Shown here: positions 46,676 through 55,644 of the stretch, one piece after another
How the letters are laid out: every line of letters begins with the position of its first letter
How positions within the stretch are numbered: the stretch's first letter is position 1
Assembly (NCBI GenBank): GCA_021108075.1
Contig: JAIORP010000120.1
Span: 21,557-85,556 of the forward strand
Source: Candidatus Omnitrophota bacterium
GTDB taxonomy: Bacteria; Omnitrophota; Gorgyraeia; Zapsychrales; Zapsychraceae
Reading direction: 5' to 3'
Length of the DNA stretch: 64,000 bases
Notes under the pieces: generated by a model
Database searches by the model: none
What the model was told of the DNA's origin: nothing
The model's input: only the letters and a program-made list of their open reading frames with translations
Program-made: the position numbers and the translations under genes

Positions 46676-46708
46676 TGGTCCGAGGGGGAAAAGAGGTGCT
46701 GAAAGTGT

Positions 46709-46748
46709 CGATTCTCTAGTTCATATCAGGGAATCGGCATTTTTTTTC
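46709..46748 (+). terminator. Weak candidate intrinsic terminator after the giant gene
   Basis: Short imperfect stem CGATTC...GAATCG followed by GCATTTTTTTT. The loop is long, so this is weak. Confidence 0.2.
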
Positions 46749-46855
46749 AACGCATTTGAAGTCCCATCAGAGGCAGTGATAAAAGACATTGATTGGATCT
46801 TACTGGTTGACAGGTTTGGTGTAAAGATCCCCTACCGGTGATGAACATCAACGCG

Positions 46856-47332
46856 TTAATGCGCCGTTTTTTTTTGGTCAGGCAGGTTTTTATAAATAAT
46901 GATGAGGAGTACGATGATAAATAGTAGTCCAAAAACGAGAATGTAAAAATATTCTATCGAGTGTTCCACATATCCGATGATGTCTTTTCTGCCGGGCTGA
47001 TAGTTATCTAAATAATGATTATAATCCCCTTTTGTGGAAACCAGATCTCCATCGACAGAAACCACCCTGTGGACAAGGATCTTTTTTTTCAGCGGGTTAT
47101 AGAAGGCAATGGGTCTGCCGATGAGATTGTTTAAGTCATCGCCCCATCTGTTATTAATAAGCACGAGACTATTTTTTGGAATATAAGGGGCCATCGAATT
47201 GCTTGTGACCATAAAGATCGGGGTAGATGTGTTTTTCCAATGGCACCATCCTAGTATGGCGAGTGTTATAAAGAGAAATAAAAGAATGGCCGCGATAAGA
47301 ACGATCTTTGCCGTTGTATGTGTTTTTTTCAT
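46856..47332 (-). CDS. Signal peptidase I, SipW/eukaryotic-type (S26B): N-terminal TM, catalytic core and C-terminal TM
   Basis: Box-B-like TSNSMAPYIPKNSLVLI (Ser nucleophile), HRVV box, N-terminal TM IVLIAAILLFLFITLAILGW and C-terminal TM ILVFGLLFIIVLLIII. Confidence 0.65.
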   Translation of the reverse strand: MKKTHTTAKIVLIAAILLFLFITLAILGWCHWKNTSTPIFMVTSNSMAPYIPKNSLVLINNRWGDDLNNLIGRPIAFYNPLKKKILVHRVVSVDGDLVSTKGDYNHYLDNYQPGRKDIIGYVEHSIEYFYILVFGLLFIIVLLIIIYKNLPDQKKTAH

Positions 47333-47485
47333 GGTGAGGTGTGAACCCCTTTCTTATGACGCTTGAAAAGGCATCAGATAACATGCCTGTTGCCTTAGAA
47401 TAATGCTTGATGCAGCTTTTTATATGACGTGTTTATCATAGGTAAGGCTTTGTCGTTTTACAAGAATAAAAGTAAAAATATCCTC

Positions 47486-47525
47486 TTGACAAAGAGTGTA
47501 TTAGTGTATTATACTTCTAATACAC
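47486..47525 (+). promoter_or_regulatory. Putative sigma-70 promoter overlapped by a GntR-type operator palindrome, upstream of the gntR-ABC operon
   Basis: TTGACA at 47486-47491, an 18 nt spacer and TATACT at 47510-47515. Inverted repeat GTGTATTAG (47496-47504) / CTAATACAC (47517-47525). RBS AAGGA at 47537-47541. Confidence 0.4.
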
Positions 47526-47550
47526 ATGATGCAAAAAAGGATAATTGATC

Positions 47551-47955
47551 ATGACAGCTGAATCAAAATATTATTTTCATATTCTCACATCTTCAGGGGT
47601 ACCGATTTATCGACAAATCATTGATCAGGTCAAGATGCACATTGCCACAGGGCGATTACCCCAGGACACGTTTTTGCCCTCCGTTCGCCATGTCGCGCAA
47701 GAATTAGAAATTAACCCCATGACCGTTTCCAAGGCCTACTCTATATTAGAACGTGAAGGAGTTTTAGAATCCGTGCGGGGAAAGGGGATGCGTATTAAAG
47801 CCACCCGGCAATCCAATAAAGACCTTAAGCGCAAAGAGGATAGCATTAAGCCGTTATTGAAACAAGTGATCAGCAGAGCTCAACAGCTTTCTTTGGATAT
47901 GAAGAAGGTAACAGCGATATTTCATTCTTTATGGGAGGAAGAAAATCATGAATGA
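47551..47955 (+). CDS. GntR-family transcriptional regulator, short YtrA-like subfamily
   Basis: N-terminal wHTH LPSVRHVAQELEINPMTVSKAYSILEREGVLESVRGKGMRIKA and a short C-terminus. ATG at 47551 is preferred over the TTG at 47545 in the ORF track. The end overlaps the next gene. Confidence 0.8.
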   Translation: MTAESKYYFHILTSSGVPIYRQIIDQVKMHIATGRLPQDTFLPSVRHVAQELEINPMTVSKAYSILEREGVLESVRGKGMRIKATRQSNKDLKRKEDSIKPLLKQVISRAQQLSLDMKKVTAIFHSLWEEENHE

Positions 47956-48826
47956 CCCGATCATACAATTAAAAGAGGTACGCAAGTCCTATGGATTACG
48001 TCTTATTTTAGATCGTCTTAGTTTGAGTGTGCCCGAAGGATCTGTTTTTGGGTTGCTAGGTAAGAATGGAGCAGGAAAGACGACGTTAATCAAGACGATA
48101 TTAGGCCTGCTTAAACCTCAGGAAGGGGATGTTTACACATTTCGAGACAATCCCTGGGATTTTAAAGAAGCAACAAAAGAAAAAATTGGATATGTTCCTC
48201 AATCGGATGTGATGTACCCCTGGCTCAAAATTAAAGAGATCATCGCGTATAGTGCGTCTTTTTACTCGCATTGGAATTCAGAATTGGTCGATCAATTGTT
48301 GAAAGAGTGGGAATTGGATGCAGATGATAAAATTGGTTTGCTTTCCGAGGGACAAGCTCAGAAATTGTCCATTATATTATCATTAGGGCATGAACCGGAA
48401 CTGCTTATTTTTGACGAGCCGGTCGCCAGTCTGGATCCGTACGCGCGCAGGCAGTTTCTCAAGACGATTCTCAATCTCGTGTCGAATCGTTCCTGCACCA
48501 TATTTTTTTCGACACACATTACTTCCGACTTAGAACGCGTTGCGGATCATGTCGCTTTACTGAAAGATGGAAATATTGATTTTAGTGGAGAATTAGACCG
48601 GCTTAAAGATGAAGTCAAGCGGCTACATGTTACGTTTCGTAAGGATTTTAATAATGATTTCAATTTTAAAGGTTTATTACATTTTGAGTCGCTAAAAAAT
48701 GAAGCCATTTTTTCTGTCCGTAGTTTCACCCCGGGCATGAAGACGTTTATTGAAGAAAAATTGAATGCAAAGGTAACCGTTCAGGATCTTAATTTAGAAG
48801 AAATTTTTTTGGAGCTGACGAGATGA
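47948..48826 (+). CDS. ABC transporter ATP-binding protein
   Basis: Walker A GKNGAGKTT, Q-loop, signature LSEGQAQKLSI, Walker B LLIFDEP, H-loop STH. RBS GGGAGGAAG. The start overlaps the gntR stop. Confidence 0.9.
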   Translation: MNDPIIQLKEVRKSYGLRLILDRLSLSVPEGSVFGLLGKNGAGKTTLIKTILGLLKPQEGDVYTFRDNPWDFKEATKEKIGYVPQSDVMYPWLKIKEIIAYSASFYSHWNSELVDQLLKEWELDADDKIGLLSEGQAQKLSIILSLGHEPELLIFDEPVASLDPYARRQFLKTILNLVSNRSCTIFFSTHITSDLERVADHVALLKDGNIDFSGELDRLKDEVKRLHVTFRKDFNNDFNFKGLLHFESLKNEAIFSVRSFTPGMKTFIEEKLNAKVTVQDLNLEEIFLELTR

Positions 48827-50211
48827 AACATTTACGTAGCCTGGGGCATATTTTATGGTTGTATGTTCGCAATCCGTTCTTTATTATGTTGGCGGTCATG
48901 TATGTGTTAGGTGCGATTGTCTCGAAGTGGATGTTTTTTCACGGCCACAATATTGTTGGTAATGATATATGCACACTCATTTTTATTGTCACCATTTGGT
49001 TAGCTTGCATTATTGGGATTATTGTTAAAAGGCAAATGGCCAGTCATCGCGCGAGTTTATTGCCCGGGTATCGCGAGACGCATATTTTCGCCATCTTTTT
49101 TTGGTACGCCATTTTTATTTTTATCGTTTATCTCTGGGAGCAGGGCCTGCGGCTGGATATCGCTTATACCGAAAATGGGTTTGTTGGCATTTATTTAGCA
49201 AGCTTATTTGCCGCTATCCTGATCACGTATTTAGGATATTTATCCATTGGCCGGATTTTGATTTATGCCTATCTGCTGACATTGTTTATTTCTTCTCAGT
49301 CTGCAACCATCGTTTTTTTTATTAATGAACATCCCGCCGTCAATTATTTTTTTGTTAGCGCAAATATCGTTCTTGTCATCTTATTTGTGTATCGTTTGCG
49401 CAAGCTGAAGGAAGACATGTTCGAGTATCATGCGTTATTATCATGGCCGCCACAATCATTTATCCGGAACCAGATGAAGACCGATAATAAATTGCAACTA
49501 TGGATCCAGCGCAAATTTCCGTTTTGGAGATCGTCAAGGACAGTAGGGGTTATCCCGGCCTATCAATCTTTGAAATCATTTGAATCGAGGATGCGCCATT
49601 GGTTGTTTTTTGAAGAAAAAGAGTTTAGACAGATTGGTTGTTTTCTGATTTTTTTTACCCCGATCTATTTAAGCCTTATCAGTTTAATTGACAAGACACA
49701 TGAATTTTTTATGACGCCCTATAATAATTTTCTTTTATTGACCGTAGGGCCGATCCTGTTATTGATTAGTGCAAATTACAAGAAGATGCCGTATTGGAAG
49801 TATGAACTCTTAAAACCTATTCAACGCCGTGATTACATTCTTGAGCGGGGCTTTGGTTTATTAGGTTCTTTGGAGTTGTTTTGGTTATTATTATCATTGT
49901 TCATCGTGATCTTTCCCTCCATACTTCTGAATCCGGCAGCGTTAGGTACATGGCGATTTTGGTTATATTTGGTCTTTACAGAAACCTTTTGTGTATTGAT
50001 TTTTTCAGTTTTATTATCTTTGATCTGCATCAAACAGACCCGGAAAGTAATTTTTTATGGCATCCCTTTTGGGTTTTTTATCATCATTGAGTTTTATCTT
50101 ATCCCGTTTGTAAGTGCAAGAAGTATTCTTTATCATCTTTTATTTTGTTATGTCATTCTTTGGAAACTGTTACCTGCCGTTTTTCGGCAATGGTTAAAAA
50201 AGGAATTGTGA
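48823..50211 (+). CDS. Polytopic membrane protein, likely the ABC-2-type permease partner of the upstream ATPase
   Basis: ATGA start/stop overlap with the ATPase gene. Highly hydrophobic with about 10 or more TM segments. No recognisable motif otherwise. Confidence 0.6.
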   Translation: MKHLRSLGHILWLYVRNPFFIMLAVMYVLGAIVSKWMFFHGHNIVGNDICTLIFIVTIWLACIIGIIVKRQMASHRASLLPGYRETHIFAIFFWYAIFIFIVYLWEQGLRLDIAYTENGFVGIYLASLFAAILITYLGYLSIGRILIYAYLLTLFISSQSATIVFFINEHPAVNYFFVSANIVLVILFVYRLRKLKEDMFEYHALLSWPPQSFIRNQMKTDNKLQLWIQRKFPFWRSSRTVGVIPAYQSLKSFESRMRHWLFFEEKEFRQIGCFLIFFTPIYLSLISLIDKTHEFFMTPYNNFLLLTVGPILLLISANYKKMPYWKYELLKPIQRRDYILERGFGLLGSLELFWLLLSLFIVIFPSILLNPAALGTWRFWLYLVFTETFCVLIFSVLLSLICIKQTRKVIFYGIPFGFFIIIEFYLIPFVSARSILYHLLFCYVILWKLLPAVFRQWLKKEL

Positions 50212-50273
50212 AGACGTGTTGAGTGCTGTTGCAGGCACTTAGCATGAGACTCAGAAGAAGGGAGGTGAATACG

Positions 50274-50504
50274 ATGACACAGGAAGGGATTCTTAAATTT
50301 GTACAGGCTTTGTCTGTTGTGACTGTGGTCGCCGGAGGGTATGGCATGATTCTTTGTGTGCCTTATATTATGCATTACAATGTGCATATCATTTCCGCGG
50401 CAAGTTTGCCCTTTATCGCCGGGGCGGTCCTGGTCGGTTCAGGATTGACAGCATTCGCAATTTTGGTGGACAAAGTCGAATTCAAGCGGTCTACGAAGAA
50501 ATAA
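50274..50504 (+). CDS. Small membrane protein (2 TM), hypothetical
   Basis: Strong RBS GGGAGGTG 6 nt before ATG 50274. The ORF track starts earlier at GTG 50223. Two hydrophobic helices. Confidence 0.4.
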   Translation: MTQEGILKFVQALSVVTVVAGGYGMILCVPYIMHYNVHIISAASLPFIAGAVLVGSGLTAFAILVDKVEFKRSTKK

Positions 50505-50755
50505 TGAGACCGGCAATATTATAGATGGCGCCATCTATAACATCGTTTTGCGCTTGATGGAGAGTGTTTTTGACTGTCATTTGTAACATGAGAACGATTG
50601 GTTTGTATTGTTATTTTAGCAGTATGGTTATGGCCTGTTTCCGCGGGGGAGAATTTGTCGAACGGCCTGGCTTGTACCGGTTTTATTTATAGGTTTAATT
50701 CGGGGGAATGAATGATTTATCTTTTATTTTATGTATAAGAAATTAGAAGGATGAT

Positions 50756-51148
50756 ATGTTTTCAATATTTATAAATAAAAGAAAGCGGCGCTCTTACGCG
50801 CGCAGAGTGATTCGGTCTTTATTAACAATCCATTTGATTTTAAGTGTCATTGCGTTTTACCGAAACCTTTATTTGCCGATGGATCGTTGTGCCGCGGTTA
50901 TTTTTTCCGATCAGTCGATGATGTCGGAAGATGTTTGGGCCTCACCCCTGGCACAAATCGGAGCCTATCCGTATTGGAGTGCTTATTTTAATAATCAAGG
51001 TATGAAAACAGCCTGGTTCCATGGCTCAGAGTTGTCTGATTTAAAAGCCCTGATCGATTCACGCCAGTTTCAACAGATCGTATTTCTCGGCGAAGGGCCT
51101 CAGGATCATTTGACGGGCTTAAAACTAAAGATGAATATTCATACGTAG
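50756..51148 (+). CDS. Hypothetical protein with an N-terminal TM anchor
   Basis: RBS GAAGGA before the ATG. One TM (LLTIHLILSVIAFY). Confidence 0.4.
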   Translation: MFSIFINKRKRRSYARRVIRSLLTIHLILSVIAFYRNLYLPMDRCAAVIFSDQSMMSEDVWASPLAQIGAYPYWSAYFNNQGMKTAWFHGSELSDLKALIDSRQFQQIVFLGEGPQDHLTGLKLKMNIHT

Positions 51149-51158
51149 ACGATATTTT

Positions 51159-51776
51159 GTGTCGAATAAAAGTATTCTTGACATAACGTCTCGTTTAAGG
51201 CACCAGGCTCATGACGGGAACATTATTATGAAATTTAAGCAATATTGTCTGGTTTTACTTATTTCTTTAATCGTTTATTATTGCGGCCGGTCCTTTCCTG
51301 CCGGGATTTATCATTTGTTTGCTGTGTCGTCCGGTGAAATGGTCGCCTTTATTATGGGGTGGCTGCCGATGACAAACGAATGGGGGGAGCTTTTTATTGT
51401 CGCACCGCAAAAACCCATTCATATAACGCCTAAATGCAATGGCTTTGGATTTTTTTCCCTTTTGCTGGCTTTTGTTTGGGTCCGCGTGCTGTTTAAAAAA
51501 CAAGAGGTCATATCGGCGTTTGGCCAGTTTTGGCTGATTTTGTTTAGTGTTTATTTCATTGCTATTCTATCGAATGTGATGCGGATGCTGCTGGCTTATT
51601 ATGTGCACTTAATGTCGGTTCATGTGCTGCCGACTAAGTATCAATCGGGAATTCATATGGGGATAGGTGTGGTGACTTTTTTATTTGTTTTTATGGGGAT
51701 CAGCATCTGTTTAGATTTCTGGGACCGTTTAACGGCAGGCAACAGCCCGCGAGTTGCGCAGGGTGGTCGATTCTGA
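51159..51776 (+). CDS. Exosortase/archaeosortase-family protein (short; XrtN-like?). The start is uncertain: GTG 51159 or ATG 51228.
   Basis: Three ordered signature motifs of the family: ITPKCNGFGFF (Cys motif, compare CSG), LSNVMRMLL (NxxR) and GIHMGIG (HxG). Multiple TM helices. Confidence 0.5.
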   Translation: MSNKSILDITSRLRHQAHDGNIIMKFKQYCLVLLISLIVYYCGRSFPAGIYHLFAVSSGEMVAFIMGWLPMTNEWGELFIVAPQKPIHITPKCNGFGFFSLLLAFVWVRVLFKKQEVISAFGQFWLILFSVYFIAILSNVMRMLLAYYVHLMSVHVLPTKYQSGIHMGIGVVTFLFVFMGISICLDFWDRLTAGNSPRVAQGGRF

Positions 51777-51801
51777 CGTTTAATTATGGGAGGGACTTAT
51801 T

Positions 51802-54800
51802 GTGAACAAGAAAAATATATCGGTTGCGTTTCCACCGTTCATTTATTTACCCAAAATGCTGGTTTGGGTTAATATCCTTCCTCAGACGATGCTTTTGTTG
51901 TTAAATCTGCGCGTTTTCTGGATTGTCTGCAAGGAGGAGGGGGTTGACCTGGCGCAAGTCTGGTTTCTATTGGCGTTCCAACTGTTTTTGATCGCAGCCA
52001 GTTTTGTTGTCTGGCGATGGTCCAATGTTAAAAAATTTCTTCCCGCTTCGGCAATGATTTTCTTATTGCTTGGGCAAATAGGTTATTTATGGGCTTTCAT
52101 GTACAAACAACAATTTTTTATCCCATGGCGTATTGAACCCTGGATTATCAATCAAGAACTTGTCAATTTAAACCAGTTCGCCATGATGATGCCCGGCATT
52201 TTTTATGCTATCCTGCGCTTATCGAGTTTTCGTTGGAAAGTTCCCTTTGCCATGGACCTGGGCATTAGTCTTTCTACGATTGTTGGCGTCCCGATTTTGT
52301 TTTTTATTTTTTTACAATTATTCAATGTTTTTTGGATTCTTCCGCAAAGCAGTGCCTTCTCGTGGTTTTACCAGATATTTTTTATTGTCGGTACGATTAT
52401 CGTCTTTCTGGCCCTTGTCCGGGTGACGGTGTTGCTGTTTTATTTAATCCAACAAAAGGTCTGGTCGAAGAATCTGGATATTCTTTTTGCCTTTTTTGTC
52501 GGGGTTCTCGGCCCGATTGGAGGGTTATGCCTGAATAAGAATATTCCTTTTCCAGCCGACTTTCAGTCCCCGTATATTTACGCCTTGGCTTTTATCAATG
52601 GATGCATTTTGATGATCCCTGTCCTCAAAAATAAGAATGGCCGATTAGTTACCTTGTATTTTCGGACATTGTTCTATCCGTTTACATGCTATTTTTTTGT
52701 TGTTTTTTTGCCTTTTTTACCATTGTCCATCCCGTCTATCATCGCGATGGGCTTAGGATTCCTGATCCTCGTTCCCTTTGTTTTGTGGATTATTCACACA
52801 AAACGCATTCATGATGATATTCAATTATTAAAAGTTCAGATGCCCATGCAGAGGATAGTCATTTTAATGATCGCTGCATTAGTCATCATGCCAGGCATAT
52901 TTTTTAATAATGCTTTTCATGACCGCAAGTCGTTACATCAAGCGATTGATTACGTGTATCAGCCCGATTACCAAAAAGACGTTCATTTCGACGGGTCTGC
53001 TAATAATGTCAAGCGGACATTAGTGAAATTAAATAAAATGAAACGCGGTGCGCAGTTACCGTACTTATCTTCAGTTTATAATACTATTGTGTTTGATGGA
53101 ATGGTCCTGCCAGACCGGAAAATTTCGTATCTCCATCAACTCTTTTCTGGTGAGAAGCTTCAGGAATTTCCTTACGGTGGCGCGTCATTTTGGGGGAGGG
53201 GAGGTCAATGGAGAGGGAGGCGTCAAAGGGTTGCAGAGATGACCTTGGGTGAATTGATGGCAAAACCCGATGAAGAACCCCGCGTTTCTGAGGTGACATT
53301 GTTAGATCTTGAGACTTCACAACACGTTTTGGGCCAGATGATGAGCACAACGGTTCATTTTAAGATGAAGAACGGGACCCAAAGCGATAATGCTGAATAT
53401 TTCACAACGATACATTTACCGAAAGGTGTTTTGATCAAAGATTATCACTTAAAGGTTGGGGATGAAATGGTTCCCGGGCGGATTTTTGAAAAAAAGACAG
53501 CGATGTGGGTTTATCATATGATCCGTGATTTTACGCGCAGAGACCCGGGGATTCTTGTCTATCAATCTCCCCAGGATATCGATTTTCGAGTCTATCCCTT
53601 CCTTCGTTCTGAACTGCGGGAAGCCTCATTAACATTGCTTTATCCTAAAGATATCAATCCCATCATTACGGTCGCGGACAGGGAATTGTCTCTTCAATCG
53701 CAAGCCCCCGCGTTGACAGATGCCGTGCTCATCAATCAACCGTCTGGCGCATATGATTTTTCCTTTATTTCAGCAAAAAGGATCGCGGAATTACCCGCTT
53801 TTAAACGGGAACCATATTTTCATTTTATTCTGGATTACAGCCTTTCAGGTTATGATTCAGCGGAAGATTATGCGCAGCAAATAGATTTGATTTTTAAGCA
53901 ATTCCCTCAAATCAAACAGATGGCTGTTACGGCCGCTCATTTTGATATTGAGACATTGTTGGATGATCCGCTCCCTGTTCAAGCGATAGCGCAGCGCGAC
54001 CAGGCTTTGCGGAGATGCCGTTTGAAGAAAAAGGGGTCATTGGATTTAAATCGTGTCCTAAAGAAAATATTCTTGGACTATGAGCTGAAATTGACAACAG
54101 CGAAAAATAGTTCTCATCCGGGGCTTTGGAATAAATACCCGGTCTTTGTGGTTTTAAGTAAACGCCCCCAAGATGTTTTATTTGTTCATGATAATTTAGC
54201 TTATTATGATTATTTGCTGCCTGAGCAAAATTATTTTTATATCAACCAGCTAGGCACACCTTTAAAGCGTGTCAATCTATGGCGCAAGAGACCATTTCGG
54301 GAGCAACAAGATGTTGTCGCCTTGAGACGAGGCACAAGGGTTACGGTCATTCCTAAGAATTTTGATCAACCCCAGTTTGCATTCCATTTAACAAAAGATC
54401 ACAATCAGCAAAGCGCATGGCTGGAGGTTTTTGATTCGGGGCAGAATGATTTTATATCCATCAATGGAGCAAAAAAGATCCCGGCGGATCAAATTTATAC
54501 GAAAGGGATTGAATCTGTTCTAGATAGTTATATCTCTGTGCAGCATCCTAAGGATATCCAGCTTCCCAGGCAGATTCTTGAGCAAAGCCGAAAATTGAAT
54601 ATTTTGACACCCTTAACATCTTTCATCGTTGTTGAACGGGACTCGCAATGGAAGACTCTGGAGCTCAAAGAAAAACAAAAAATGCGTTCTCACCAAGCCT
54701 TTGATTTTGAAGACGATTTTGATACCCCGACGCCTTCGTTTTTATATCTCGTTATTTGCTTGCTGGGATTTCATTTTGTTATCAAAATAGTGTCGAAAAA

Positions 54801-54816
54801 AATCAACACTGTTTAA
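51802..54816 (+). CDS. Large membrane protein: about 10 N-terminal TM helices, an extracytoplasmic VIT-like (vault/inter-alpha-trypsin) domain and a C-terminal hydrophobic tail. Probable exosortase-system partner.
   Basis: GTG start with RBS GGGAGGG. VIT-like VHFKMKNGTQSDNAEYFTTIHLPKGVLIKDYHLKVGDEMVPGRIFEKKTAMWVY. C-terminal ...PTPSFLYLVICLLGFHFVIKIVSKK. Adjacent to the exosortase-like gene. Confidence 0.65.
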   Translation: MNKKNISVAFPPFIYLPKMLVWVNILPQTMLLLLNLRVFWIVCKEEGVDLAQVWFLLAFQLFLIAASFVVWRWSNVKKFLPASAMIFLLLGQIGYLWAFMYKQQFFIPWRIEPWIINQELVNLNQFAMMMPGIFYAILRLSSFRWKVPFAMDLGISLSTIVGVPILFFIFLQLFNVFWILPQSSAFSWFYQIFFIVGTIIVFLALVRVTVLLFYLIQQKVWSKNLDILFAFFVGVLGPIGGLCLNKNIPFPADFQSPYIYALAFINGCILMIPVLKNKNGRLVTLYFRTLFYPFTCYFFVVFLPFLPLSIPSIIAMGLGFLILVPFVLWIIHTKRIHDDIQLLKVQMPMQRIVILMIAALVIMPGIFFNNAFHDRKSLHQAIDYVYQPDYQKDVHFDGSANNVKRTLVKLNKMKRGAQLPYLSSVYNTIVFDGMVLPDRKISYLHQLFSGEKLQEFPYGGASFWGRGGQWRGRRQRVAEMTLGELMAKPDEEPRVSEVTLLDLETSQHVLGQMMSTTVHFKMKNGTQSDNAEYFTTIHLPKGVLIKDYHLKVGDEMVPGRIFEKKTAMWVYHMIRDFTRRDPGILVYQSPQDIDFRVYPFLRSELREASLTLLYPKDINPIITVADRELSLQSQAPALTDAVLINQPSGAYDFSFISAKRIAELPAFKREPYFHFILDYSLSGYDSAEDYAQQIDLIFKQFPQIKQMAVTAAHFDIETLLDDPLPVQAIAQRDQALRRCRLKKKGSLDLNRVLKKIFLDYELKLTTAKNSSHPGLWNKYPVFVVLSKRPQDVLFVHDNLAYYDYLLPEQNYFYINQLGTPLKRVNLWRKRPFREQQDVVALRRGTRVTVIPKNFDQPQFAFHLTKDHNQQSAWLEVFDSGQNDFISINGAKKIPADQIYTKGIESVLDSYISVQHPKDIQLPRQILEQSRKLNILTPLTSFIVVERDSQWKTLELKEKQKMRSHQAFDFEDDFDTPTPSFLYLVICLLGFHFVIKIVSKKINTV

Positions 54817-54927
54817 TTTTTTATATTGTTTGTCAGGAAACAATACCCCCTCGTCCAGAAAAGTGCCACTGTTTTATGATGTTAAATTGCGAACAAAACG
54901 AACTCATTTGGTTTCGTTTATGATAAG

Positions 54928-54956
54928 TTGACAAAATGAGAATAGCATGTAATATA
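54928..54956 (+). promoter_or_regulatory. Candidate sigma-70 promoter for the small wHTH gene
   Basis: TTGACA at 54928-54933, a 16-17 nt spacer and TAATAT. Confidence 0.25.
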
Positions 54957-55026
54957 ACAAGTAGGATAAATGCTTACAAATAAAAAAGATCTTCGGATCT
55001 TTAGATGTGTTAGAGAGGAGCGGAAC

Positions 55027-55260
55027 ATGATGATGACTAAGTTGGGAATTATTTCTGGAGAAATATTAACTCTGCTTGAAGAGAAGAAAAGACCTCTTCG
55101 GTTTAAAGAAATAGACGAATATATTGATGAGCCACGTGAGTTGATTGATATGAGCTTGGGTTGGTTGACCAGAGAAGGGTTGACAGACATTGAGTGGGAA
55201 AATGATCAAGATTTCATTGTCATTGATAAACACATTCATACAGAACAAACAACAAATTGA
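55027..55260 (+). CDS. Small winged-helix DNA-binding-like protein (hypothetical)
   Basis: RBS GAGGAG 9 nt upstream of ATG 55027. ILTLLEEKKRPLRFKEIDEYI...SLGWLTREGL resembles a wHTH. Confidence 0.4.
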   Translation: MMMTKLGIISGEILTLLEEKKRPLRFKEIDEYIDEPRELIDMSLGWLTREGLTDIEWENDQDFIVIDKHIHTEQTTN

Positions 55261-55644
55261 TCTTGTAAGGCCATGCTACTAAACAACTTATGTTTATAAT
55301 AGATCTCTCCGGGCGAAATTTTGCCGTTACTTTCGATGATGTTTTCCCCTGTCGTCATTTGTTTCATTCCATCCGATCATTTCCTCATTAAAGCGCTTCA
55401 AATAATATAATCTCCTTATATTAAAAGGCTTTGACTTGAGCCTCCGCTTTTTTGCTGTACAAAAAGCTTGATCATCCAATTGCATTTTTCGGGTTTATGC
55501 TTTCTACCTGATTTTTTGGTGCTTTCACATCTGAAAATCGTTAGGTGGATGTCTCTGTTTAGCGAGGAACAGTTAGGAGTCTGTTTCACCGGTTTTTTCA
55601 AGGAGCCTCAATTGGTGATCTAATCATTCTTTGTTGATCAGGTT

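Noticed and set aside
45941-46596. - strand ORFs within the C-terminal repeats (45941..46225, 46254..46475, 46411..46596)
   Set aside because: They overlap the strongly supported + frame and have repeat-derived compositions. No RBS or motifs.
46840-46880. Palindrome AACGCGTT plus T9 run that looks like an intrinsic terminator
   Set aside because: It lies inside the C-terminal coding region of the - strand signal-peptidase gene, where the T-run encodes KK. The stem is only 3-4 bp.
52205-53350. Small internal ORFs inside the 1004-aa VIT membrane-protein gene (52205..52426, 52332..52538, 53048..53242, 53084..53350 -)
   Set aside because: They are alternative-frame or antisense readings fully contained in a long well-supported CDS.
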